Of a stretch of DNA of 64,000 bases, positions 1 through 9,794 are shown in pieces. The translations under genes and the position numbers were made by a program. The DNA is from an uncultured Verrucomicrobiae bacterium. GTDB taxonomy: Bacteria; Verrucomicrobiota; Verrucomicrobiia; Limisphaerales; Palsa-1400. The notes under the pieces were generated by a model. The model did no database searches, had not been told where the DNA came from, and was given only the letters and a program-made list of their open reading frames with translations. The DNA is taken from NCBI GenBank assembly GCA_963707025.1, contig CAVPOM010000003.1, positions 32,001 through 96,000 of the forward strand, given 5' to 3'. Numbering within the stretch: position 1 is the first letter of the stretch; the number at the start of each line of letters is the position of its first letter.

Positions 1-1
1 A

Positions 2-871
2 CTGGGCAGCCCGGAGATTGAACTGGAGGTGGATGAAAAGCATGCGTGCAGCGTCCGGGCCGGGGCCTCGTTTTACAAGATTAACGGCTTGAGCGCCGAT
101 GAATTTCCGCCCATTCAGAAATTCAAGGAGGACAAAAAGATTGTCCTGCCGCAGGAAAAATTAAAGGGGATGCTGCGCAAGACCTCCTTCGCCATCTCGA
201 ATGACGAATCCCGCTACGTTTTGAATGGAATTTTCCTCATCCTCAAAGACCACAAGATGACGATGGTGGCGACCGATGGACGCCGGCTTGCCCTGGTGGA
301 CGAGGAAGTGGACATCCCGGAAAACAGCCAGGGCGAGTTCATCCTGCCCACCAAGGCGGTCAATGAAATAACGCGGTTGCTTGGGGACAAAGGCGATGTG
401 GAAATGAAGTTTAGCGAGAACCAGGTTTCCCTGTCGCTGACAGATGAAAAAGGCAATTCAGCTGTGGTGATTTCCAAGCTGGTGGAAGGCAATTATCCCA
501 ATTACAAGCAGGTCATACCCAATGATACCAAGGAGCGGGTGGCCCTGCCAAGGGAGGAATTGCTGGCCGCTTTGCGCCGCGCGCAAATTATGACCAGCGA
601 CAAGGCAAATTCGGTGAAACTGGCCATCGGGCGCAATAATCTGGCCATCACGGCCAACTCGCCGGACGTGGGAGAGGCCCGTGAAACGCTGGCGATCAAT
701 TACAAAGGCAAGGATTTGCAAATTGCCTTCAACCCGGCCTACTTGATTGATCCCCTCAATGTCCTGACCGAGGACGAAGTTTTCCTGGAATTGATTGACG
801 AACTGAGTCCTGGCGTCCTGAAGATCAACGGCCCGTTTTTGTACGTGGTGATGCCGATGAGGTTAAGTTAA
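2..871 (+). CDS. dnaN: DNA polymerase III beta sliding clamp (5' truncated by window edge)
   Basis: Motifs DESRYVLNG, MVATDGRRLA, LVEGNYPNY, IAFNPAYL and C-terminal YVVMPMRL. Confidence 0.97.
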   Translation: MGSPEIELEVDEKHACSVRAGASFYKINGLSADEFPPIQKFKEDKKIVLPQEKLKGMLRKTSFAISNDESRYVLNGIFLILKDHKMTMVATDGRRLALVDEEVDIPENSQGEFILPTKAVNEITRLLGDKGDVEMKFSENQVSLSLTDEKGNSAVVISKLVEGNYPNYKQVIPNDTKERVALPREELLAALRRAQIMTSDKANSVKLAIGRNNLAITANSPDVGEARETLAINYKGKDLQIAFNPAYLIDPLNVLTEDEVFLELIDELSPGVLKINGPFLYVVMPMRLS

Positions 872-951
872 GCGGGGCTTGTGAATTTCGGGTGAACAAG
901 AATTAACAAGATTGCCGTGCCGTTTCGGGGGGAGGCGGTAAAATCGGGCCC

Positions 952-1893
952 ATGAGCCATTATCAAAGCGCGCTGGAGGCAACCGAAGCGCATCTGCGCA
1001 TCCTCCAGGCAAACGGGGTCAGGTTCCTCAACGTTCAGGCGGAAACGCTTTTTGCCCTCCAACAACCTGTGCCGGAACAACCGGACATGGTTGTGGTTGA
1101 GAAGGAGCAGGCCACGGAGGCTGTCGCGGCTGGACAGAGTCTCGTCCCGCCGAATCTGGCCGCGGATGAAAAGGAGGCGCCCGTCGCGGAAGCAGCGGTT
1201 TTGATGGAACCGGCGCAAACGGGCGCGGCTCTTGCGTCCGCGCCCGCACTGGCGGCGGCTTTAGGGCGCGAGGGCAAAGCGGCGGCGATGACGGCTTTGC
1301 GGGAGCGGGCGATGGCGTGCGTGAAGTGCCCGCATTTGGTGAAGTCCAGGCGGACAGTCGTTTTTGGGACGGGCGACATCCACGCGCGGCTGATGTTCGT
1401 GGGGGAAGCGCCGGGAGCGGACGAAGACGCGCGCGGCGAGCCGTTTGTGGGAGCAGCCGGCCAATTGTTGACTCGCATCATCAAGGCGATGGGTTTCACG
1501 CGCGAGACGGTCTATATCGCCAACATATTGAAGTGCCGGCCCGACATGCCAGGGCAAAATTCTGGCAATCGCAAACCGACGCCGGAGGAAATGAAAACCT
1601 GCCTGCCCTGGTTGCTGGAGCAAATTGATTTGATCCGCCCCGCCGTCATGGTCGCGCTGGGGGCGACCGCCGTGGAAGGTTTATTAGGCAAAGGCGAGGG
1701 CATCACCCGGCTGCGGGGCCGGTTCCAAATCTTCCGCGACATCCCGGTCATGCCGACCTTTCATCCGTCTTATTTGCTGCACAATCAGGCGGTCACGGAG
1801 AAGCGCAAGGTGTGGGAGGACATGATGCAGGTGTTGGAAAAACTCGGCGCGCCCATCAGCGAAAAGCAGCGCGGGTTTTTTCTGAAGGCGTAG
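952..1893 (+). CDS. Uracil-DNA glycosylase family 4 (Fe-S) with Ala/Glu-rich N-terminal extension
   Basis: [37 protein letters not shown]. Confidence 0.93.
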   Translation: MSHYQSALEATEAHLRILQANGVRFLNVQAETLFALQQPVPEQPDMVVVEKEQATEAVAAGQSLVPPNLAADEKEAPVAEAAVLMEPAQTGAALASAPALAAALGREGKAAAMTALRERAMACVKCPHLVKSRRTVVFGTGDIHARLMFVGEAPGADEDARGEPFVGAAGQLLTRIIKAMGFTRETVYIANILKCRPDMPGQNSGNRKPTPEEMKTCLPWLLEQIDLIRPAVMVALGATAVEGLLGKGEGITRLRGRFQIFRDIPVMPTFHPSYLLHNQAVTEKRKVWEDMMQVLEKLGAPISEKQRGFFLKA

Positions 1894-1894
1894 C

Positions 1895-2485
1895 TTAACT
1901 TTCGGGATTGTCCAAAAGATTCTGAAGACGGGCGCGCAAGGCGGCGGGCAGACGCGCGCACCAAGAGGCATCAATCAAGCCCACCTCGAGAAGGTCGCGC
2001 AGATGCACCCGGTCTTTGTCGCGGAAGGAAGTCAGTTTCATCCGCACCAGTGCATCCAAACTGAGGAGCCGGAAAAAACCCGCGGTTTCGGATTCGGAAA
2101 CGTCCGGGGTGGTTGCCATGTATTCCGGCCGGACTTTTTCTCCGGCTAAAACAACATGGACGGCATCGCGCGCTTTGGCCCGGGGTCCGTCCAGAAACAT
2201 CTCGATGCCAGCCACCTTGCGGCGGATGAAGCCGGCCTTGGCCAAAGCCGCGGTTGCGGCGTCCAAATCCGCCCGCCGCAAGAGAATGTCCACATCTTGC
2301 GTGTTGCGCACGGCCGCCTCATCCACGCGCGAAACCCAGGCAGCCACGGCGTTGCCGCCGGCCACGGCATAAGGAACGCCCGCTTCTTCCAAGGCCGTGG
2401 CCGCCCGTTTCAAGCGTTCGCGGACTTTTTCCACAGCCCCGATCATCCTTTCCCATGAAACCTTGGCCAGCGCGGGTTGGGACAT
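1895..2485 (-). CDS. Stand-alone nucleotidyltransferase-family protein
   Basis: GG..A and DxD motifs (YAVAGGNAV...RNTQDVDILL); C-terminal MKLTSFRDKDRVHL. Confidence 0.75.
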   Translation of the reverse strand: MSQPALAKVSWERMIGAVEKVRERLKRAATALEEAGVPYAVAGGNAVAAWVSRVDEAAVRNTQDVDILLRRADLDAATAALAKAGFIRRKVAGIEMFLDGPRAKARDAVHVVLAGEKVRPEYMATTPDVSESETAGFFRLLSLDALVRMKLTSFRDKDRVHLRDLLEVGLIDASWCARLPAALRARLQNLLDNPES

Positions 2486-2635
2486 AAGTTTGATGGGTCA
2501 CAGCGCACGAGGAGCGCCGCGACCATGAGTTCCGAATGCTTCAGAAGATTCATCTCGTCTTGCAAATAAGCTCCACCTTCTGGCCGCTTCTGCCAAGCAA
2601 AATCCGGCTGCAAGATCGAACCAGTCCGCCTCCAA

Positions 2636-4279
2636 CTATTCTTCGCCCATGAACGGGTAGCGATAGTCCTGCGGCGCAACGAAAGTCTCCTTGATGGCGC
2701 GCGCCGAAACCCAGCGCATCAGGTTGAGCATGCTCCCGGCCTTGTCATTGGTTCCCGAAGCGCGCCCCCCGCCGAAGGGCTGCTGGTTGACCACCGCCCC
2801 GGTCGGCTTGTCGTTGATGTAGAAGTTGCCGGCGGCGTGACGCAGTTTGGCCATGGCGACCTGGATGGCGTCGCGGTCCCGGGCAAACACCGCCCCGGTC
2901 AAGGCATAAGGAGAAGTTTGGTCGCACAACTCCAGCGTCTTTTCGTAATCCTTGTCGGGGTAAACATAAACCGTGAGCACAGGACCGAAGATTTCCTCCT
3001 GCATCAGTTTGAAGTCGGGTTTCCTGGCCAGCACCAGGGCCGGCCGGATGAACCAGCCTTGGCTGTCATCGCACTCGCCGCCGGCCAGCAATTCGGCCTC
3101 GCCCGGGCTTTTGGAGTAAGCAAGCCAGCCCTTGATGGAGTTGAAGGCGTTCTTATCAATGACCGCGGTCATGAAGTTCCGGAAATCCGCCGGGTCGCCC
3201 ATGCGAATGGAGCGGATCTCCTCCACCAGCCGGTCGCGCACCTGTTTCCACAACGAGGCGGGCACGTACAAGCGCGAAGCGGCGGAGCATTTCTGCCCCT
3301 GAAATTCAAACGCGCCGCGCACGGTGTTGAAGACCAGCGCGGCCAGATCGGCGGAGGCGTGCGCGAAAATGAAGTCCTTGCCGCCGGTTTCCCCGACCAG
3401 CCGCGGATAATTTTTGTAACGCGGGAGATTTTCGCCCACGGTCTGCCACATGTGATGGAAAACGGCGGTGCTGCCGGTGAAATGGATGCCCGCCAGGCCG
3501 GGATGCCGTGTGGCCGCATCGCCAATCTGGCTGCCGGGGCCGGGAAGGAAGTTGATGACCCCCGGCGGAAGTCCGGCCTCTTCGAGCAGTTGCATGGTGA
3601 AATGGGCCGAATAGACCGCGCTGGAGGCCGGTTTCCACAGCACCGTGTTGCCCATCAAGGCCGGGGCGGTGGGCAGGTTGCCGGCGATGGAGGTGAAATT
3701 GAAAGGCGTCACGGCCAAGACGAATCCTTCCAAGGCGCGGTAGTCAACCATGTTCCAGACGCCAGGGGCTGAATCGGGCTGTTCGGCCATCAACCGGGCG
3801 GCGAAGCAGGGATTGAAGCGGAAGAAGTCTATCAGTTCGCAGGCCGAATCTATCTCGGCCTGGAAGGCGGTCTTGCTCTGGCCCAGCAGGGTGGCGGCGT
3901 TGAGGATGGGCCGGTACTTGGTGCTGAGCAAATCCGCCGCCTTGAGGAACACGGCCGCCCGGTTCTCCCAGGGAAGGGTGGACCACGATTTCCAGGCGGT
4001 GGCGGCGGCCTGGACCGCCTGCTCCACCTGTTCGGCTCCAGCCTGGTGGTACTGTCCCAGCAGATGGGCGTGGTCGTGCGGGCAAACGCACTTGGCGAGG
4101 TTGCCGGTCTTGACCAGCTTGCCGCCGATGCGGAGCGGAATCTCGATCTGCTCCCCCAGCATCTTCTTGATCTGCTGTTTGAGCTGGAGTTTTTCCGGCG
4201 AACCGGGCCGGTACTCCCTGACCGGCTCGTTCCGGGGTTTGGAGAAATTATTGATGGCGCTGATATTCCTTTCGATCAT
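2636..4279 (-). CDS. pruA: L-glutamate gamma-semialdehyde (P5C) dehydrogenase
   Basis: PFNFTSIAGNL, FTGST, GETGGKDF, FQGQKCSA, EEIFGP, NDKPTGAVV. Confidence 0.96.
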   Translation of the reverse strand: MIERNISAINNFSKPRNEPVREYRPGSPEKLQLKQQIKKMLGEQIEIPLRIGGKLVKTGNLAKCVCPHDHAHLLGQYHQAGAEQVEQAVQAAATAWKSWSTLPWENRAAVFLKAADLLSTKYRPILNAATLLGQSKTAFQAEIDSACELIDFFRFNPCFAARLMAEQPDSAPGVWNMVDYRALEGFVLAVTPFNFTSIAGNLPTAPALMGNTVLWKPASSAVYSAHFTMQLLEEAGLPPGVINFLPGPGSQIGDAATRHPGLAGIHFTGSTAVFHHMWQTVGENLPRYKNYPRLVGETGGKDFIFAHASADLAALVFNTVRGAFEFQGQKCSAASRLYVPASLWKQVRDRLVEEIRSIRMGDPADFRNFMTAVIDKNAFNSIKGWLAYSKSPGEAELLAGGECDDSQGWFIRPALVLARKPDFKLMQEEIFGPVLTVYVYPDKDYEKTLELCDQTSPYALTGAVFARDRDAIQVAMAKLRHAAGNFYINDKPTGAVVNQQPFGGGRASGTNDKAGSMLNLMRWVSARAIKETFVAPQDYRYPFMGEE

Positions 4280-4693
4280 GGCACCACCCTAAGGCCGCCA
4301 GCCGCCGCCAACCAACCGTTATTTGCCAATCCCTTGGCGAAAATTGACGGGGAGACGGCTTCCGGCCGGCGCGCGGCATGCGTCGTTCCTGGCAGGGCGA
4401 GCCACACCTTCGAGCCGCTGATGGTCCTGGCCGCGATGGTGGGCGAGGGCATGGAGGTGAGGCGAGGGCTGAACTGGCGGCCGTGCAGCACGAGCGCCGC
4501 ATGGCCGTCATCATGGAAACGGCAGCGCTGCAAGGGGTTACCGATAATATTGTACAAAGCATCTGTGTTTTAACACTTCCGAAGATGTAACCAGATGTAA
4601 CAGGTTTTTCGGAGCAATGGTAGGGAGCGGACCCTGCGCTACTTCCAGCGGTTGTCCTGCCGGAAGAAATCCACCGAACACAGCGAAGAACCC

Positions 4694-4717
4694 GAATGCC
4701 TTATCTAAGCGCCATTC
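4694..4717. mobile_element. Solitary IS4-type terminal repeat or scar
   Basis: CTTATCTAAGCGCCATTC (4700-4717) matches the right IR of the 16161-18063 IS at 17/18 and is preceded by GAATG, the start of the left IR. Confidence 0.55.
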
Positions 4718-4805
4718 GGGTCAACCCATAGCCTAGCCAGTTCTTCTGTACTTTCATGGGTCCGCCATTGGCGAAGCGCGTCTTCCTGTCTGTGTGGCCG
4801 CATTT

Positions 4806-4957
4806 TCACGACAGGAACAGGTCGGCAGATACGCCAAAGTGTTGGGCCAATGTCCGCACATGATGGAGGGTTAGTTTGCGTTCGCCGCGCAGGATCATCG
4901 CGCCCAGCGTGCGGTGAACACCCAGCAGCCGCGCCAGGTCCGCCGCGCTCAGAATTG
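4806..4957 (-). pseudogene. C-terminal remnant of HigA-like HTH_XRE antitoxin
   Basis: Manual translation LSAADLARLLGVHRTLGAMILRGERKLTLHHVRTLAQHFGVSADLFLS*; in-frame stop just upstream, N-terminus absent. Confidence 0.7.
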
Positions 4958-4986
4958 CTCACCCCGAATTGCGCCAGAACGGTGCT

Positions 4987-5121
4987 GGAGTGCGCCCGTC
5001 CCCGGGCGCAGCAGCGTGGGAAACACAGCGCGGCGGTGAATTTCCAGCGCACCCAAAGAAGCCCCGGCTTGCTGCGGCCGGGGACGGCCGCACTCCGCCA
5101 GGAGCAGTGTCAAGACGCGCC
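4987..5121. repeat. REP-doublet / MITE-like palindromic element, family A
   Basis: GGAGTGCGCCCGTCCCCGGGCGCAGCA ... TGCTGCGGCCGGGGACGGCCGCACTCC; related copies at 16.0, 35.0 and 48.2 kb. Confidence 0.85.
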
Positions 5122-5165
5122 AGTTTGGGAGTGACAGGGCGGGTTGGGCTTGTTAGAAAGGCAGC

Positions 5166-5981
5166 ATGGATACCAAAATGAGCGTTGGCTTTCTCGGCGC
5201 GGGCACCATGGCCACGGCGCTGGCCAAGAGTTTTGTTCACTCAGGACTCGTCGCGGCCAGGGATGTTATTGCCAGCGATCCGTTGGAGGCCGCCCGGGCC
5301 TCGTTCGCCAAGACGGTCGGCGCAAAAACGACCACCTCCAACGTGACCGTCGTGAAAACGGCGCAGGTGGTGATTCTGGCCGTCAAGCCGGACCAGGTCG
5401 CCGGCGTGCTGGCGGAGATCCGGGGGCATTTCACCGAGAACCATCTGCTCATCTCCATCGCGGCGGGCGTGCCGATTGCCCGGCTGGAAACGGAATTGCA
5501 GACGGGGGCGCGGCTCATCCGGGTCATGCCCAATGCCAGCGCGGTCGTCAACACGGCGGTGAGCGCCTTCGCGCCCGGCAAATCGGCCCTGCCGGCCGAC
5601 GCCGAGCTGGCGCAGAAACTCTTTTCCTCCGTCGGCGTGGCCTTTCCCATCAAGGAATACCTGCTCGACGCGGTCACCGGCTTGAGCGGGAGCGGTCCGG
5701 CCTATGTCTATATGTTCATCGAGGCGCTGAGCGACGGGGGCGTGGCCACGGGCCTGCCCCGCGCCATTGCCACAAAACTGGCCGCGCAAACGGTTTTGGG
5801 GGCGGCCAAAATGGTTTTGGAAACCGGCTTGCACGCCGCCCAGTTGAAGGACATGGTGGCCAGCCCGGCGGGCACAACCATCGAAGGCATCCATGAACTG
5901 GAGAAGGGCAGGTTCCGCGGCACGGTGATCAGCGCCGTGCGCGCCGGAACGGAGAAGTCAAAGAAGCTTGGGCAGGGATAG
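5166..5981 (+). CDS. proC: Pyrroline-5-carboxylate reductase
   Basis: GFLGAGTMA, LAVKP, RVMPN, TGLSGSGPAY, VASPAGTT. Confidence 0.96.
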   Translation: MDTKMSVGFLGAGTMATALAKSFVHSGLVAARDVIASDPLEAARASFAKTVGAKTTTSNVTVVKTAQVVILAVKPDQVAGVLAEIRGHFTENHLLISIAAGVPIARLETELQTGARLIRVMPNASAVVNTAVSAFAPGKSALPADAELAQKLFSSVGVAFPIKEYLLDAVTGLSGSGPAYVYMFIEALSDGGVATGLPRAIATKLAAQTVLGAAKMVLETGLHAAQLKDMVASPAGTTIEGIHELEKGRFRGTVISAVRAGTEKSKKLGQG

Positions 5982-6010
5982 GGGCAATGCGGAATGGAGA
6001 ATGCAGAATT

Positions 6011-7915
6011 ATGAGGCTGAGAACTATTATTGACTTTGTGAGACCCGGGATCATCGCGCTCGCTTGCGGCCTGGCGGCGGCCGCCTTGGCCCAGGAACCG
6101 CCCGTCCAACTGGAAGTGGACGCGACGGATGCCACGCGGAAAATCCTGCACGCGCATTTGCAATTTCCCGTCCATCCCGGTCCGCTCACGCTGCTCTACC
6201 CGAAATGGATTCCAGGCGAGCACGAGCCGGACGGCCCGATTACCGATCTGAGCGGCTTGAAAATGAGCGCGCTGGGCAAGCCGGTCGCCTGGCGCCGGGA
6301 TGACGATGACATGTTCGCCTTTCATGCGCAGGTTCCGGCGGGGGTGGACCGGCTGGAGGTCGCGCTGGATTTTCTGCTGCCGCCCAGCAGCGAGGGCTTT
6401 TCTTCGGGCGCGTCGGCCACGGCGCAGTTGCTGGTCTTGAGTTGGAACCAGGTGCTGCTCTATCCGGCGGGCGTCAAAGCGAGCGATGTCAAGTACAGCG
6501 CCTCCCTGCGGATGCCGGCGGGGTGGAAGTTCGCCACGGCCCTGCCGGTGGCAGGTGGCTCAGCCCCGGCGGTTTCCTTCGCGGCCGTCTCGCTGGAAAC
6601 GCTGGTGGATTCGCCGGTCATCATGGGAAATTATTTGCGCACGATTGATTTGACCCCGGGCCAACATCCGGCGCACACCCTCAATCTCGTCGCGGACAGC
6701 GCGGCGGCGCTGGAGATCAAGCCAGAGGACACGCGACATTTCGCCCATCTGGTGGCGGAGACCGGGGCGCTGTTTGGGGCGCGGCACTATGGCAGCTACC
6801 ATTTCCTGCTCACGCTCAGCGACCATGTGGCGCACTTCGGCCTGGAGCATCATGAGTCGAGCGATGACCGGGAGGGGGAGAAGTATTTGACAGACGAGGA
6901 TTACCGCAACACGGCCGCCTACCTGCTCTGCCACGAGATGGTGCATTCCTGGAACGGCAAGTACCGCCGCCCGGCCGGGCTGGCCACGCCGGATTACCAA
7001 AAGCCGATGAAAGGGGAGCTGCTCTGGGTCTATGAGGGGCTGACGGATTATTTGGGAATCATCCTGACCGCGCGGAGCGGACTGTGGACGAACGGGAATT
7101 TTGAGGACTACGTGGCGCTGGAAGCGGCCCGGCTGGACCACACGCCGGGCCGGCAATGGCGTCCGCTGGCCGACACGACCATCGCGGCGCAACTGCTCTA
7201 CGAGGCGCGGGACGAGCAGGCCTCGTCGCGGCGGAGCGTGGATTTTTACGACGAGGGCGATTTGATCTGGCTGGAGGCGGACGTGTTGATCCGGCAGAAA
7301 ACGGGCGGCGCGAAATCGCTGGACGATTTTTGCAAGAAATTCCACGGCGGCCAAAGCGGCCCGCCCAAGGTGGTGCCTTACACGGAGGACGACGTGGTGG
7401 CGGCGCTGAACGAGGTGGCGCCGAATGATTGGCGGGAATTTTTCCGCACGCGCATCTATGAACCAGCGCCGCGCGCGCCGCTGGGCGGGATCGAAGGAGC
7501 GGGCTGGCGGCTGGCCTACACCAACACGGTGTCGCCCATGCTCAAGTCCCGGGAAAGCGAAAAGAAGTACACGGACATGAGCTGTTCGCTGGGCATTACC
7601 GTGAAGGAAGACGGCTACCTGACCGATGTCATCGCCGGCTCGCCGGCGGACCAGGCGGGAGTGGGCACGGCGATGAAGCTGCTGGGGGTCAACGGGCGGC
7701 ATTGGACACCGGAAATTTTGCGCGCCGCGGTCAAGGAGGCCGCGACGAACCCCGCGCCCGTGGAACTGCTGGTGGAGAACGAAGAATACTTCAAGACATG
7801 CAAAGTCAATTATCACGGGGGAGAAAAGTATCCGCTGCTGGAGCGGGACAGCGCCAAGCCGGATTTGTTGAGCCAGATTCTCAAGCCGCTCACGCCCGAG
7901 CCGGATTTGAAGTGA
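6011..7915 (+). CDS. Secreted M61 glycyl aminopeptidase with C-terminal PDZ domain
   Basis: Signal peptide; PKWIPGEH, GLEHHES, HEMVHSWNGK zinc motif, LWVYEGLT; PDZ-like GSPADQAG. Confidence 0.92.
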   Translation: MRLRTIIDFVRPGIIALACGLAAAALAQEPPVQLEVDATDATRKILHAHLQFPVHPGPLTLLYPKWIPGEHEPDGPITDLSGLKMSALGKPVAWRRDDDDMFAFHAQVPAGVDRLEVALDFLLPPSSEGFSSGASATAQLLVLSWNQVLLYPAGVKASDVKYSASLRMPAGWKFATALPVAGGSAPAVSFAAVSLETLVDSPVIMGNYLRTIDLTPGQHPAHTLNLVADSAAALEIKPEDTRHFAHLVAETGALFGARHYGSYHFLLTLSDHVAHFGLEHHESSDDREGEKYLTDEDYRNTAAYLLCHEMVHSWNGKYRRPAGLATPDYQKPMKGELLWVYEGLTDYLGIILTARSGLWTNGNFEDYVALEAARLDHTPGRQWRPLADTTIAAQLLYEARDEQASSRRSVDFYDEGDLIWLEADVLIRQKTGGAKSLDDFCKKFHGGQSGPPKVVPYTEDDVVAALNEVAPNDWREFFRTRIYEPAPRAPLGGIEGAGWRLAYTNTVSPMLKSRESEKKYTDMSCSLGITVKEDGYLTDVIAGSPADQAGVGTAMKLLGVNGRHWTPEILRAAVKEAATNPAPVELLVENEEYFKTCKVNYHGGEKYPLLERDSAKPDLLSQILKPLTPEPDLK

Positions 7916-7930
7916 GCAGTACCAAGAATT

Positions 7931-8659
7931 ATGAATGCCGACCAGTTTTGGCAGATCATCGAGGCGACAAGCGCCGCCACACAGGAGGAACAGCTTGAGA
8001 AATTCCGGGGCGAGCTTAGGCGTCTGACCCCGGATGACCTGATTGAGTTCGAGCGTCAGTTCGTTGAGCGACAATTCGCGGCCTACAACTGGGACTTGTG
8101 GCTGGTAGCGTGGCTCTGTCAGGGCGGCTGGTTCTCTGACGACCGTTTTTCCGATTTTCGCTGGTGGTTAATTTCGCGCGGTCGCGCAACCTACGAGAAA
8201 GCCATGGCCGACGCGGATGCACTTGCTGATGAGATGCGCCATACGCAGGACCCGGACTTTGAGTTGTTTGGTTACGTTCCCGGCGAGATCTACCGCAGCA
8301 TGACCGGTAGGGAGTTCCCAGAATTTGGATTCCAGCACCCGAAAGAGCCGCTTGGCGGCGACTGGCTGCGCCCCGAATTAAAGGACCGTAGTGGCAGCAG
8401 GTTGCTCAATCGTTGTGGCGTCTTCAATGACATGGGAGACCAAGAATACTCAGCCATTGAGCGGCGTTTTCCCCGAGTTTGGGCGTTATGCGTCCAGAGA
8501 GGCATAATCACGGCTGGCGCAAAGGCAGCACCGGGCACCATTCCCACGCCGCAGGAAGTGGCGGCGACGGTGGACCTGAAGCTGGAGAAGACTGATTTCG
8601 CGGCTTATCTCAAGGCGCCCGGAGATGCGGCACGCCAAGCATATAAACCGAAGGATTGA
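7931..8659 (+). CDS. DUF4240-like protein
   Basis: MNADQFWQIIE and SDDRFSDFRWWLISRG, typical of DUF4240. Confidence 0.75.
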   Translation: MNADQFWQIIEATSAATQEEQLEKFRGELRRLTPDDLIEFERQFVERQFAAYNWDLWLVAWLCQGGWFSDDRFSDFRWWLISRGRATYEKAMADADALADEMRHTQDPDFELFGYVPGEIYRSMTGREFPEFGFQHPKEPLGGDWLRPELKDRSGSRLLNRCGVFNDMGDQEYSAIERRFPRVWALCVQRGIITAGAKAAPGTIPTPQEVAATVDLKLEKTDFAAYLKAPGDAARQAYKPKD

Positions 8660-8724
8660 AAACGTTTCCGTGTTAATGGAGGACTTCAAGTGGCATTTCC
8701 TGCTGATAGATAACGCACCGGCTC

Positions 8725-9483
8725 TTACCCAGGTGGCGGCTTGATTTTGTCCAAGACGGATCGCTTGAACCAGGCGGGTATCTGGTCTGATTTCAGGTCC
8801 AGGACCCTGCCATCGGTGATTTCCGCAAGCCAAGTGTGCTTCCTGTCCTCGTTTTCACCCGAGTTGTCAAACACATAAGCGCGGTTCGTATGCCGTATGG
8901 CTTCCATCAACAAATCCAGTGAACGGTAGAAACGCTTCACGATGCGGTCTTCCGGCACACCGTGCCCGCCCATTTTAACCCGGTTGCGCACGCGCGAAAT
9001 ATTGATGTCCGGATCCTCTGTCGCGACGAAGTACAAATAGGTCCGATAGCCCTCCGACTGCGCCTTGGCCAGCAACTCCACTTTGCTTGGATGCGACATC
9101 ACCGTCTCAAACGTGAAGGACACTTTCTGGACCAGCAGTTTTTGGCGGACAAAATCGCCCGCCACAGATGCAAAATAAGAATTGACCGCCACCTTCCCGA
9201 ATTCCAGCCGCCCATTCGCAAAGCCGAGTTGTTGAGCAGCGTCGCCAAACCCAGCGGAAACCAAAAGCGAAGAACCCTTGAAGAACGGCAGCACCTCATC
9301 GGCCATCGTCGTCACCCCATAAGCCGCGAAATGCAGAAAACCCTGCCTGTGGATTTCCTGCTCGATCTCATCTGGATTCAAATACACGCCCAACAGTTCC
9401 TTGGGCAGGGAGGACCTCAGTGTGCTTTTGCCCGAACCGTTCGGCCCGGCGAACATCCGGAGGCGTGGCGTGGGCGAACTCAC
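8725..9483 (-). CDS. Zeta-toxin-like P-loop kinase/ATPase
   Basis: Walker A GPNGSGKST, YLNPDEI, FTFETVMSH, RVRNRVKMGGHGVP, VFDNS. Confidence 0.85.
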   Translation of the reverse strand: MSSPTPRLRMFAGPNGSGKSTLRSSLPKELLGVYLNPDEIEQEIHRQGFLHFAAYGVTTMADEVLPFFKGSSLLVSAGFGDAAQQLGFANGRLEFGKVAVNSYFASVAGDFVRQKLLVQKVSFTFETVMSHPSKVELLAKAQSEGYRTYLYFVATEDPDINISRVRNRVKMGGHGVPEDRIVKRFYRSLDLLMEAIRHTNRAYVFDNSGENEDRKHTWLAEITDGRVLDLKSDQIPAWFKRSVLDKIKPPPG

Positions 9484-9707
9484 CGGATGGTGATTTTGCG
9501 ACCGGGCACGACAGGTGTTGGGGGAGCGATCTTTTTCACTAGAACGCGCTGTCCATTGGGGAAAACCTCGTAAATATAACCTTGCTCAGATTGCAGCACA
9601 CTTTGTCCGGAAGCCAAAATTTGCTCACGGGCAGCAGCAAAGGCCGAACCAGATAGGGCGGGAAACTGACTTTCCAATAATTCAATGTTGGTCTCTTGGT
9701 CTGGCAT
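9480..9707 (-). CDS. 75-aa protein, putative antitoxin of the zeta-like toxin
   Basis: 4-nt stop/start overlap with the downstream toxin gene; shares its lower GC. Confidence 0.65.
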   Translation of the reverse strand: MPDQETNIELLESQFPALSGSAFAAAREQILASGQSVLQSEQGYIYEVFPNGQRVLVKKIAPPTPVVPGRKITIR

Positions 9708-9794
9708 AACGAATCTTTCTTAAATAATTATACTCCGCAAAATGGTTCAGAGCAATTGGCTTCTTCTTGAAGCGCCCGATCGTCTCGCCAGCGC

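Noticed and set aside
4276..4557. Minus-strand ORF with faint HATPase-like words (LYNIIGN, DDG, GSKVWLALP)
   Set aside because: Too degenerate to call without a profile search; may be chance
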